Shown piece by piece: positions 40,923 to 52,439 of a stretch of DNA of 64,000 nucleotides (position 1 is the first letter of the stretch; every line of letters begins with the position of its first letter). The stretch is from Flavobacteriales bacterium (lineage in GTDB: Bacteria > Bacteroidota > Bacteroidia > Flavobacteriales_C > GCA-002722245). A program made the position numbers and the translations under genes. The notes below the pieces were generated by a model. It worked only from the letters and a program-made list of their open reading frames with translations, did no database searches and was not told where the DNA came from. The stretch lies in the NCBI GenBank assembly GCA_023251095.1, contig JAHEZL010000001.1:131871-195870 (forward strand). Direction: 5' to 3'.

Positions 40923-42911
40923 TTATTCTTTTTGAAAAGGAATTGAAATATTTACAATGGTGCCCTCCCCCGTTTTTGGATTGGCATCCTGAACCTGAAC
41001 CTTGAGATTTGTTTTGAATAAATCGTTGATGATTTGCAAACGCGACTCGATATTTTTCAAGCCCATCGATTCATTTTGTTTTTGATTGTGGGTTTTCAAT
41101 TCCTGTGATTTCTTGCGTCCGATCCCGTTATCGGTGATAGTCACCGTTAACGAATCTCCGTTTGCAGCCACTCTCACATCCAGCAATCCCTTCTCCTCTT
41201 TGTAGCGCAAGCCATGCCACACCGAGTTTTCAATGTAAGGCTGAATGAGCATTGGCGGAACTTTATACTGATCCACCACTAAATTTTCATCTACCTCAAA
41301 AGTGTAATCAAACTTATTGCTGAAGCGGAAATGCTCCAGCTTCAAATACAGTCGCAACACCTCAATCTCTTCGGAAAGCGGAACAAAATCTTTTTGTGAA
41401 TTCTCCAATACAGATCGCATCAACTTAGAAAAATCAGCCAGATATTTATTGGCTGTTTTCTGATCGTTGGAAGAAATAAAACTGTTTACCGAGTTGAGCG
41501 CATTGAAAATAAAATGCGGATTCATCTGACTGCGCAAGGATTTTAGGGCCAGGAGCTGATTGGCAATTTTCTTCTGCTTAATGTTTTTATACAATAGATA
41601 AGCAGAAATCACAACGATGACAATAAAGATGATCAATCCATAAATCAAAGTCTCCTGAAACTTGCGTTCATTCTCCAATTGTTGAATCATCTGATCGCTC
41701 AGCTGCTTGTTTTTTTCAAGGAGCTCAATGCGCTGATTAGACTCGGAAACTTCATTGGTCTCCGTTAAATCATTGGCTATGATAAGCTCTTTTTTCTTGT
41801 TCAGCGAGTCCATGAGATTAACATAAATCTCATGATGCTCATAGGCTTTTTCGAAATCTCCTTTTTTCTCGTAAGCTTTCGACAAACTTTTGTAGGCCTC
41901 TGCTTTTTCTTCTAATTGTCCGAGTTTATTAGAATTGACAATGGTTTGCTCCAATACCGGAATAGCACGATCGGGTTTATTCTGATCGAGATAAACATTA
42001 GCGTTTTCCAACATCAACTGATTTTTGATGGTGTCGTTTTCCGTTTGCCTCGAGATATTTTCATTGATTTCTAAAACTTTTTCATAATCGCCCTCTCCTT
42101 TGTATTCCTGTTTCAGCATCGAATTTTGCCGGGTGATAATTCCTTCGTCTTTCGTTTCAGCCGCGTTGCTGGCCGATTTCGAATAATATTTTTTTGCGCT
42201 TATCTTATCCTTTTGCTGAGAATAAATTCTTCCCAGATAATCATTGGCCTCTACCACCAGAGCTTTGGAACTTATATTTTTTTCGTCATTCGACACCAAT
42301 TTGAAATAAGTAATGGCTGCAGCCATGTCATTTGTATTGAAAGCCATTCTCCCGCGAGCATTGGCAATCCATGCTCTCCCATCATGTGTACCTGCAAAAG
42401 TTGTGGTTTTTTCCAACTCAAGTAAGAAAGCTTCTGCTTTACCGTATTCTTTCAAACCTTCGTAATCAAGCACCATTCCTTTTAAAACTTCAACATCACC
42501 GCTTAACTTATAACTGCTTTTTTCTTCCTCTTTCATCACCTTTGCTTCTCCCCGCATTTTCACCTTCATGTCAGCAGATTTCTTCTCAGCAGCAACTACT
42601 GTAGGTTTTACTTTTTCATAAAAGCGCACCGACTGGTTGTACAACTTCAAATTGTAGTTGGCCTTGGCCAATAACAAATAACACTCTTTGGTACGAGCAT
42701 CTCCTTTTTCTTCAGAAGCAAGAACCAAAGCCTCTTCTAAAAATTTAATGGCCTTCGCGGGTTGTTTGTTCAGATAAACATTGGCCGAATCAATCAATTG
42801 CGGATAAGGATCATCTCCTCGCATCGACGCGTTTTTTGTGGTTCTCAGCTGTGCCGTTGCGCCGAAAAAACTCAAAACAAAAAGTGATATAAAAAGTATT
42901 TTTCTCATCAT
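40923..42911 (-). CDS. sensor histidine kinase, LytS/YehU-type, with periplasmic TPR domain
   Basis: 662 aa. Signal peptide, TPR repeats, one TM, His_kinase region (NPHFIFNALNSV) and GHKL ATPase. Confidence 0.8.
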   Translation of the reverse strand: MMRKILFISLFVLSFFGATAQLRTTKNASMRGDDPYPQLIDSANVYLNKQPAKAIKFLEEALVLASEEKGDARTKECYLLLAKANYNLKLYNQSVRFYEKVKPTVVAAEKKSADMKVKMRGEAKVMKEEEKSSYKLSGDVEVLKGMVLDYEGLKEYGKAEAFLLELEKTTTFAGTHDGRAWIANARGRMAFNTNDMAAAITYFKLVSNDEKNISSKALVVEANDYLGRIYSQQKDKISAKKYYSKSASNAAETKDEGIITRQNSMLKQEYKGEGDYEKVLEINENISRQTENDTIKNQLMLENANVYLDQNKPDRAIPVLEQTIVNSNKLGQLEEKAEAYKSLSKAYEKKGDFEKAYEHHEIYVNLMDSLNKKKELIIANDLTETNEVSESNQRIELLEKNKQLSDQMIQQLENERKFQETLIYGLIIFIVIVVISAYLLYKNIKQKKIANQLLALKSLRSQMNPHFIFNALNSVNSFISSNDQKTANKYLADFSKLMRSVLENSQKDFVPLSEEIEVLRLYLKLEHFRFSNKFDYTFEVDENLVVDQYKVPPMLIQPYIENSVWHGLRYKEEKGLLDVRVAANGDSLTVTITDNGIGRKKSQELKTHNQKQNESMGLKNIESRLQIINDLFKTNLKVQVQDANPKTGEGTIVNISIPFQKE

Positions 42912-43029
42912 GATTTACAATACTGCAATTTAGAACCGATTTGGCAAACCTCAAAATTATAGACTAAGTGACATCCACTTTTCACTAAGTGGGAAATGCC
43001 TTTCTCTAATTTCTCATTTTATACAGACC

Positions 43030-44283
43030 GTGAACACCATAGTTTTAGCTAAAACAAAACTAAATACTATGAAAAATAAACTCAAAAAATCAGTGGCGGT
43101 ACTTGGCTTAAGTATGTCTACAATAATAGGAACATTAAGTTCCTGCAACGCCCAACCGCCGATAGTTCAGCATCCTCAAACACAAACACAGCAGCAACAA
43201 AAAGATACTGCACAGGCAAAACTGATTCAGGTAGTATTTGCGCTGGATGCCACAGGCAGCATGTCGGCATTGATTTCCACAGCCAAAGAAAAAATATGGT
43301 CGATAGCCAGCAGCTTGTCGCAAGCGCAAAACACCGATATTGAAATCGGACTCGTTTTTTACCGCGACAAAGGAGATGCCTTTCTCACTAAAATAATTCC
43401 ACTGTCGAAAGACCTCGATGATGTTTACCAGCAACTGATGGCCGTTACTGCCGATGGTGGCGGCGACACTCCCGAAAGCGTTAACAAAGGTTTGTATGAT
43501 GCACTGATTGGAATGCAATGGAGTAAAAAAACCAACACATATAAAAGCATTTTTTTGGTGGGCGACTGTCCGCCACACATGGATTATCAAGACGATGTTA
43601 AATATTACGAGTCGTGTAAAATTGCCAATAAAATGGATGTTGTTTTAAATACTATTCTGATGGGCAACGATAGTGAAGCCTACAGAATATGGAAAGAAAT
43701 TGCCAATTGTGCACAGGGTTCTTTTATGCAGGTAGGCATGAACGCCAATAACATTGCGGTAAATACGCCTTTCGATATTCAGATCACTGAAATTTCTATC
43801 CGTCTCGACAGAACCAGAATTTACTACGGAAGAGAAGAAATGAAACAGAAAAACTACACGAAAGCGGCGCAAAGCGAAGTGATGAAAGACGGACTCAGCA
43901 CTGCCTCCGCAGCCCGACGAGCAGAGTACAACTCTACCAGCGCAGGGGAATCGGCTTATTATGGTAGCGGGGAAATGGTGAGTGAATATGAAAAAGGGAA
44001 AGTAAAACTGGATAGTGTTCCGGCCAACCAATTGCCCGACAATATGAAAACCATGACTACAGCAGAAAGAAAAGCTTACGTGGAAAAAATGGTGAAAGAA
44101 AGAAACTCGCTTGAACAACAAATGAAGGATTTGGTGGCTAAGCGTCAGGCTTACATTGAAGCGGAAATAGTTGCGAAAAAAGGAGAGGAAGCAAAAAACT
44201 CTTTTGAGTACAAAGTGTACGAAAACATCAAGCAGCAAGCCGCTAAAAAATCTATTCATATAAATGGTAAGGTGAAGTATTAA
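43030..44283 (+). CDS. von Willebrand factor type A (vWA) domain lipoprotein with C-terminal coiled-coil region
   Basis: 417 aa. Likely start at M14 (43069) giving signal plus lipobox (TLSSC). MIDAS motif DATGSMS, Q-rich linker, charged helical tail. Confidence 0.75.
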   Translation: MNTIVLAKTKLNTMKNKLKKSVAVLGLSMSTIIGTLSSCNAQPPIVQHPQTQTQQQQKDTAQAKLIQVVFALDATGSMSALISTAKEKIWSIASSLSQAQNTDIEIGLVFYRDKGDAFLTKIIPLSKDLDDVYQQLMAVTADGGGDTPESVNKGLYDALIGMQWSKKTNTYKSIFLVGDCPPHMDYQDDVKYYESCKIANKMDVVLNTILMGNDSEAYRIWKEIANCAQGSFMQVGMNANNIAVNTPFDIQITEISIRLDRTRIYYGREEMKQKNYTKAAQSEVMKDGLSTASAARRAEYNSTSAGESAYYGSGEMVSEYEKGKVKLDSVPANQLPDNMKTMTTAERKAYVEKMVKERNSLEQQMKDLVAKRQAYIEAEIVAKKGEEAKNSFEYKVYENIKQQAAKKSIHINGKVKY

Positions 44284-44454
44284 ATCCCTCTTGCCATCAC
44301 ACAGAATCCCTTCGCACTCTCCCTTTTATAAAGGGAGAAGGGCACTACTCATTCATCCTCTAATTATGATTTTCAGGGAATGGGCAACTAACTGACTTCC
44401 TCCTTTGGAAAAGGAGGAGTGCGAAGGGATTCTGTGCGAGGGGAAGGAGGATTT
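44282..44454. repeat. family-2 MITE-like palindromic element, copy 2 (~173 bp)
   Basis: Starts inside the TAA stop codon of the vWA gene (TAAATCCC) and ends 30 nt before the next ATG. Termini AAATCCCTCTTGCC / GGAAGGAGGATTT and internal hairpins as in copy 1. Confidence 0.85.
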
Positions 44455-44483
44455 TGAAACAAATATTATCTAAAACGCTACTC

Positions 44484-45074
44484 ATGAAATACCTATTCGC
44501 ACTTCTTTTCATGTCTTTCATCTGCACTCCTCCTCCAAAGGACAACCCTCTTGAAAGAGCCAAAACAAAAGCCCTCGAAGCTTTTACTTATTGCAAGAAA
44601 AATGGAATGGATACCACCTTATGCATCCTTATAGATATGAGTATGCATTCAGGAAAAAAGAGACTCTTCCTTTGGGATTTTAAAAAAGACACAATGGAAA
44701 CCTCTGCCTTGTGCAGTCACGGCTCGGGTCCTAATTCATGGAGCCATGATTATACCAAGGAAAAACCGGTGTTCAGCAATCAGCCCGATAGTCACTGCTC
44801 GTCTTTGGGCAAATATAAAATTGGCGACAGGAGTTACAGTTCATGGGGGATTAAAGTGCATTATAAATTACACGGACTGGAAACCACCAACAACAATGCT
44901 TTCAAGCGTTACGTAGTTTTGCATTCGTGGGAAGAAGTGCCCGACACAGAATTATATCCCGCGGGAGCTCCCGAAGGATGGGGCTGTCCGGTGGTGTCTC
45001 TGGAAATGATGAAGCTGCTGGATAAAAAATTACAAGGACTTAAAAAACCTGTGCTGTTGTGGATTTACAATTGA
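44484..45074 (+). CDS. L,D-transpeptidase catalytic-domain-like (YkuD-like) secreted protein
   Basis: 197 aa from the ATG at 44484; the ORF-track TTG at 44454 lies inside the repeat. Signal peptide. The ...HG...GC... pattern is loosely reminiscent of YkuD. Low certainty. Confidence 0.4.
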   Translation: MKYLFALLFMSFICTPPPKDNPLERAKTKALEAFTYCKKNGMDTTLCILIDMSMHSGKKRLFLWDFKKDTMETSALCSHGSGPNSWSHDYTKEKPVFSNQPDSHCSSLGKYKIGDRSYSSWGIKVHYKLHGLETTNNNAFKRYVVLHSWEEVPDTELYPAGAPEGWGCPVVSLEMMKLLDKKLQGLKKPVLLWIYN

Positions 45075-45076
45075 AA

Positions 45077-45424
45077 TTATTCCTTGCCTTTTTCCAAATG
45101 CAAAACATGCATTAACCGATGCAAGGCCGGAGCACTCATCACAGCAATGGTGGTTAAAAAAACAATACCGCTATATAAAGAATAAAAAGAAGCAAATATT
45201 TTGGCTGTGTCGCTGGGCATCAGATCAATCGGTCCCATTCCCGTTAAAATCATAGAGGCATTCAGCAAAGAATCAATCCAGTTTAAATTTCCAATATAAT
45301 GATAACCCGCCATTCCTAAACCCAATGAAAACGCTACCACCGCCATTCCGTAAGCGATGTATGTAATTTGTCGGCGGGCATAATGCTTTACCGAAATAAC
45401 TTTAGCCGACTTGTGTTCGAACAT
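45077..45424 (-). CDS. hypothetical small membrane protein
   Basis: 115 aa, three hydrophobic helices. Confidence 0.4.
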   Translation of the reverse strand: MFEHKSAKVISVKHYARRQITYIAYGMAVVAFSLGLGMAGYHYIGNLNWIDSLLNASMILTGMGPIDLMPSDTAKIFASFYSLYSGIVFLTTIAVMSAPALHRLMHVLHLEKGKE

Positions 45425-45518
45425 GAAAATCTGTTTTTATAAATGTATTATAAAATACCTGAAATCAGAAAAGGCCACCCCCTCTAGGTGACCTTTTCCT
45501 TTGCAAACCCACGCCTGT

Positions 45519-45812
45519 TTAGGCAGCGTAGTAGTAGGACACTCCTTCGCGGAAGGATGCGTATTTCGTTAATGATTTAGGAACAGAGAAATCATCGGCC
45601 TTCATTTCTTCTACTTCCACATAAATTCCTTCAACCAAATCCACTTTGCTAGGTTCATCTTCCCAAAGTTGTTGTTTGAAGCGGTCGTACCATTTATGGA
45701 ATTTATCCATTGAACTGAAATAGCGGGTTTCGTGAATGATTTCCGCTACTCCCTGTCTTTTCATTCCACCAGTACTTACGATGTACTTTTCTTTTAATAT
45801 TGCTTTTACCAT
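45519..45812 (-). CDS. hypothetical protein
   Basis: 97 aa, soluble, no motif recognised. Confidence 0.4.
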   Translation of the reverse strand: MVKAILKEKYIVSTGGMKRQGVAEIIHETRYFSSMDKFHKWYDRFKQQLWEDEPSKVDLVEGIYVEVEEMKADDFSVPKSLTKYASFREGVSYYYAA

Positions 45813-45941
45813 AGTTGTAAGTTTTATTGGTTTATCATGGTACTAAATTACAGGAAATGGAAAGGGTAAACCATCTGAACTTATTGGTATTTTTGGCTTT
45901 CAGCAAATACGCAGGGAGGGCATCCGAAGAAATACGGAGAC

Positions 45942-46099
45942 AAATCCCTCTGCCTGCGCACAGAATTCCTTCGCACCTCCCTTTTTCAAAGGGAGAGGCC
46001 CATTCCCTGAAAACCATTATTTAAGTATGGATGAGTAACGCACTTCTCCCTTTGAAAAAGGGAGGTGCGAAGGAATTCTGTGCGCAGGCAGAGGGATTT
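45942..46099. repeat. family-2 MITE-like palindromic element, copy 3 (~158 bp, near-perfect 55-bp terminal inverted repeats)
   Basis: AAATCCCTCTGCCTGCGCACAGAATTCCTTCGCACCTCCCTTTTTCAAAGGGAG ... exact reverse complement at the right end. The last 2 nt overlap the stop codon (TTA on +) of the NarL-type regulator gene. Confidence 0.9.
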
Positions 46100-46730
46100 A
46101 TATCAAATTCAGCTTAGCAGCTTTTGTAATCAACTCGGCGGTATTTTGAACGCCCAGTTTTTTCATCATGTTCACGCGATGAGTTTCAATGGTGCGGGTA
46201 CTCACACAAAGAGTGTCGGCAATTTCTTTGGTGATCCTTCCTTGGGAAACCAGTTTTAAAATTTCCATTTCACGAGGCGTTAATTCTAATTGTCCGTCGC
46301 TATTAGCAACACTCATATTGGCAATCATCAACTCGGTGATATGGCGGTTGAAGTATTTGCGCCCTTCAAAAACTTCTTTGATGGCGTGCTTCAGTTCTTT
46401 TTCGTCGGCGTTTTTTAGTAAATATCCGAAAGCGCCGCTTCTCACGCTTTTCACCACATATTGTCCGTCGTCATGCATGGTGAGCACAATAAATTTCAGG
46501 TGAGGGAATTTTGTTTTTGCTGCTTGTATCACTTCCTGTCCGTTAATCCCGGGCATGGACAAATCCACCAAAACAATATCAGTTAGTTTTTCCGACAAAA
46601 GAGCCAATAATTCTTCGCCGCTCCCCACTTCCCCAACCACCTCAAAGTCCTTATCATTATTCAATATAGAGATAACGCCATCTCTGAACAATTGATGATC
46701 ATCGGCTATGATTACTTTAATTTTATGCAT
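46098..46730 (-). CDS. NarL/FixJ-family two-component response regulator (REC + LuxR HTH)
   Basis: 210 aa. REC domain with conserved Asp (IIADDH...D) and C-terminal LuxR-type HTH. Confidence 0.85.
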   Translation of the reverse strand: MHKIKVIIADDHQLFRDGVISILNNDKDFEVVGEVGSGEELLALLSEKLTDIVLVDLSMPGINGQEVIQAAKTKFPHLKFIVLTMHDDGQYVVKSVRSGAFGYLLKNADEKELKHAIKEVFEGRKYFNRHITELMIANMSVANSDGQLELTPREMEILKLVSQGRITKEIADTLCVSTRTIETHRVNMMKKLGVQNTAELITKAAKLNLI

Positions 46731-48028
46731 TATACAAAAGGTATTTCCACTTCAACAGCGGTGCCCGTATCATCCGAATTTATAAAAATTTCGCCATTGA
46801 GCAAGGAAACCCGCTCACGCATATTTTTCAAGCCCGAACCTGATTTATTTTCAGCGTCACTTTTAAATCCTGTGCCATTATCGAAAACAAACAAGCTTAC
46901 TTTTTCAGGAAACTCGGTGATGGATATTTTAATGGTACTTGCTTCGGAATGTTTAACAGCATTGTTTAGGGCTTCCTGGGCAATTCGATACAAAGCCACG
47001 TTTATTTCGGGATTAATTTTACTGGCTTTTTTACGGGTATCATCAACAAAAACAATATTACTCTTTGCCGACTTCGATAAACTTTCCACCAAATTTTTTA
47101 TCGCCGAACCTACACCAAAATCAAGCAACACAGAAGGCATCAGGTTGTAAGATATCCTACGCATTTCACTGATCGTTTCATCAATCATTTGTTTCAACTT
47201 TCCTTTTTCCTCTTCTTCAATTTTCAATGCAGAAAGCTGTAGTTTAATAGAAGTAAGCAAGGGACCGGCGCCATCATGAATGTCTTTCGATAAACGGCTG
47301 CGCTCTTCCTCCTGTCCCTGCACCAAAGCCACTTTGCTTTGTTGGGTAAGCGCTTCCATCTTACGTGAAATAACTACAGAAATAAAAAGTATAAAGGCAA
47401 AAATAAGCGCAGCGATAATCAGTAACTTGATCTTAATATTTTCCAGTGCCACCAAAACTTCCGCTTCGTCGATTTCCGAGAGAAGGATCCACTTCAAATC
47501 TTTTATTTCAATTGTAGAATAAGTACTCAACACAGGCACTCCCCGATAATCGGCAAACAAAGATTTTCCTTCTTTCCCTTCCAAAGCACTTTTCACTCCT
47601 TCACTGCGCACTTCAATTTCCGAAGGATTTTTATCGGCGAAAAATCTCGAGAGCGAACGCATTTTATAATCGGCACCCACTATATAGGATTCTCCTGTTT
47701 CACCCAAACCTGTTCTCTCCAAAAGCAAGCGCTGTATATTCTTCATTAAAGCAGTATCGGCAGCAACCACCATCTCAAAACTGCTATCAAACCCGGCTGC
47801 TTTCTTGAGCAAAACTTCTTCAATCGCTGTTTTTTTCAGTTTATTAACCGATGACAATTGCTCAAGGGTTCTGTCGATCAACGCACTTTTAAACTGAAAA
47901 TAAAAAATAAAGGAAACCGACACCAATACCAGAACCCCCAGGGAAAGAAAGTAAAATATGAATTTCCGAAGTATCTTCATTGCTTTATCAATTGCGGATT
48001 TGACAACTAAAATAAACTTCTTATTCAA
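46730..48028 (-). CDS. sensor histidine kinase (HisKA_3 / NarX-type) with extracytoplasmic sensor domain
   Basis: 432 aa. Two TM segments flanking a sensor domain, H-box DIHDGAGPLL, GHKL ATPase. 1-nt overlap with the regulator gene. Confidence 0.8.
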   Translation of the reverse strand: MNKKFILVVKSAIDKAMKILRKFIFYFLSLGVLVLVSVSFIFYFQFKSALIDRTLEQLSSVNKLKKTAIEEVLLKKAAGFDSSFEMVVAADTALMKNIQRLLLERTGLGETGESYIVGADYKMRSLSRFFADKNPSEIEVRSEGVKSALEGKEGKSLFADYRGVPVLSTYSTIEIKDLKWILLSEIDEAEVLVALENIKIKLLIIAALIFAFILFISVVISRKMEALTQQSKVALVQGQEEERSRLSKDIHDGAGPLLTSIKLQLSALKIEEEEKGKLKQMIDETISEMRRISYNLMPSVLLDFGVGSAIKNLVESLSKSAKSNIVFVDDTRKKASKINPEINVALYRIAQEALNNAVKHSEASTIKISITEFPEKVSLFVFDNGTGFKSDAENKSGSGLKNMRERVSLLNGEIFINSDDTGTAVEVEIPFV

Positions 48029-48179
48029 GAAAAAATAATCCCGCTATTAGGTTCGTAACATTGAAAATTTAGACTCCCCTAAATTTTATTTCGAATATTT
48101 ATTAACAATTTCTTCCATGTTCGCTAAAAAAGTGTTACTTTCGTTGCCATAATTAGCAAATCCAAAAACTGTAAATATC

Positions 48180-49241
48180 ATGGGCAAAATTAAATTAGAG
48201 TACGTTTGGTTGGACGGATACAAGCCAACTCAAAGTTTACGTAGCAAAACAAAAATCGTATCAGATTCAAAATTCACAGGGAAAGTGAAAGATCTTGAAA
48301 ATTGGTCTTTCGACGGAAGCTCTACTGAACAAGCTAGCGGAGGAAAATCCGACTGTTTGTTGAAGCCTGTTTTCATTTGTCCTGATCCTGCCAGAGTTAA
48401 CGCATACATCGTAATGTGTGAAGTTTTAAACGCAGATGGTACTCCTCACCCTACAAATGGTAGAGCAACTATCCAAGATAACGATGGTGATTTCTGGTTT
48501 GGTTTTGAACAAGAATATTTCCTTTGGGATATCGAAACGGATAAACCACTTGGTTTCCCGGTAAACGGATACCCTGCACCACAAGGTCCTTACTACTGTT
48601 CAGTAGGTGCTAAAAATGCTTACGGAAGAGACATCGTTGAAGAACATTTAGATATTTGTTTGGAAGCTGGATTGAATGTTGAAGGTATCAACGCTGAAGT
48701 TGCTGCCGGACAATGGGAATTCCAAATCTTTGCAAAAAGCGCTAAAGAAGCTGGTGACCAAATCTGGGTTGCTCGTTACTTGTTGGAAAGAACTGCTGAG
48801 AAATACGGCGTTTCTATCAACTGGCATTGTAAACCGTTAGGTGCTACCGACTGGAATGGTTCTGGTATGCATGCTAACTTCTCTAACACTGCATTGAGAA
48901 CTTCAGGAAGCAAAGAAGTTTACGACGTTATCTGTAAAGCTTTCGCTCCGGTAGTGAAAGAACACATCGCTGTATATGGTGCCGACAATCACTTAAGATT
49001 GACTGGTAAACACGAAACACAAACTATCGATAAATTCTCTTACGGAGTTTCTGATAGAGGTGCTTCTATCCGTATTCCAATCGCAGTTACTGAAAATGGC
49101 TGGAAAGGTTGGTTGGAAGACAGAAGACCAAACTCTGCTGCTGATCCATACAAAGTTGCTGCAGTAATCATCAAAACTGTTAAGTCTGCAAAACTTCCTG
49201 CTAAAGCATCTGCTAACGGCAAAAAATTAGCGAAAGCTTAA
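48180..49241 (+). CDS. glnII: glutamine synthetase type II (eukaryote-like GSII)
   Basis: 353 aa. N-terminal beta-grasp YVWLDG motif. Length and motifs match GSII rather than GSI or GSIII. Confidence 0.8.
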   Translation: MGKIKLEYVWLDGYKPTQSLRSKTKIVSDSKFTGKVKDLENWSFDGSSTEQASGGKSDCLLKPVFICPDPARVNAYIVMCEVLNADGTPHPTNGRATIQDNDGDFWFGFEQEYFLWDIETDKPLGFPVNGYPAPQGPYYCSVGAKNAYGRDIVEEHLDICLEAGLNVEGINAEVAAGQWEFQIFAKSAKEAGDQIWVARYLLERTAEKYGVSINWHCKPLGATDWNGSGMHANFSNTALRTSGSKEVYDVICKAFAPVVKEHIAVYGADNHLRLTGKHETQTIDKFSYGVSDRGASIRIPIAVTENGWKGWLEDRRPNSAADPYKVAAVIIKTVKSAKLPAKASANGKKLAKA

Positions 49242-49260
49242 TTTGAAGTAAATTGAATAA

Positions 49261-49300
49261 AAAAAACCTCGGTGAGCAATCACCGAGGTTTTTTGTTTTA
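49261..49300 (+). terminator. rho-independent terminator of glnII
   Basis: Hairpin CCTCGGTGAGCAATCACCGAGG followed by TTTTTTGTTTT. Confidence 0.8.
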
Positions 49301-49398
49301 TACGCTGTCATTGCACGAGTGTACTTCGGGTATGCTCCGCGAAGTTTTCAACTTCGCGGAATCTTTTCTTGAAGCTTTCAGCTTCCTTATAAAGACAA

Positions 49399-49430
49399 AA
49401 AAAAAGAGGCTGAAAGCCTCAAGAAAAAAA
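49399..49430 (-). terminator. probable rho-independent terminator of ligA
   Basis: Hairpin GAGGCTGAAAGCCTC flanked by A-runs on the + strand, which are T-runs on the - strand. Confidence 0.5.
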
Positions 49431-49479
49431 TTCAGTCAAGTTACGCTTCGCTAAACTTAACGGAGCGCGTGAACCATGC

Positions 49480-52357
<2,878 letters not shown>

Positions 52358-52439
52358 AAGAGCAAAGGTAGGGATTTGAGGCTTTGAAATAAAGATAAAA
52401 TGGCGAAAAAGAAAAAAGCTACTTATCTTAATAAACGAA

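Noticed and set aside
44454-44483. TTG start at 44454 for the gene downstream of the vWA gene
   Set aside because: The TTG lies on the last base of the family-2 repeat. The in-frame ATG at 44484 begins a normal signal peptide.
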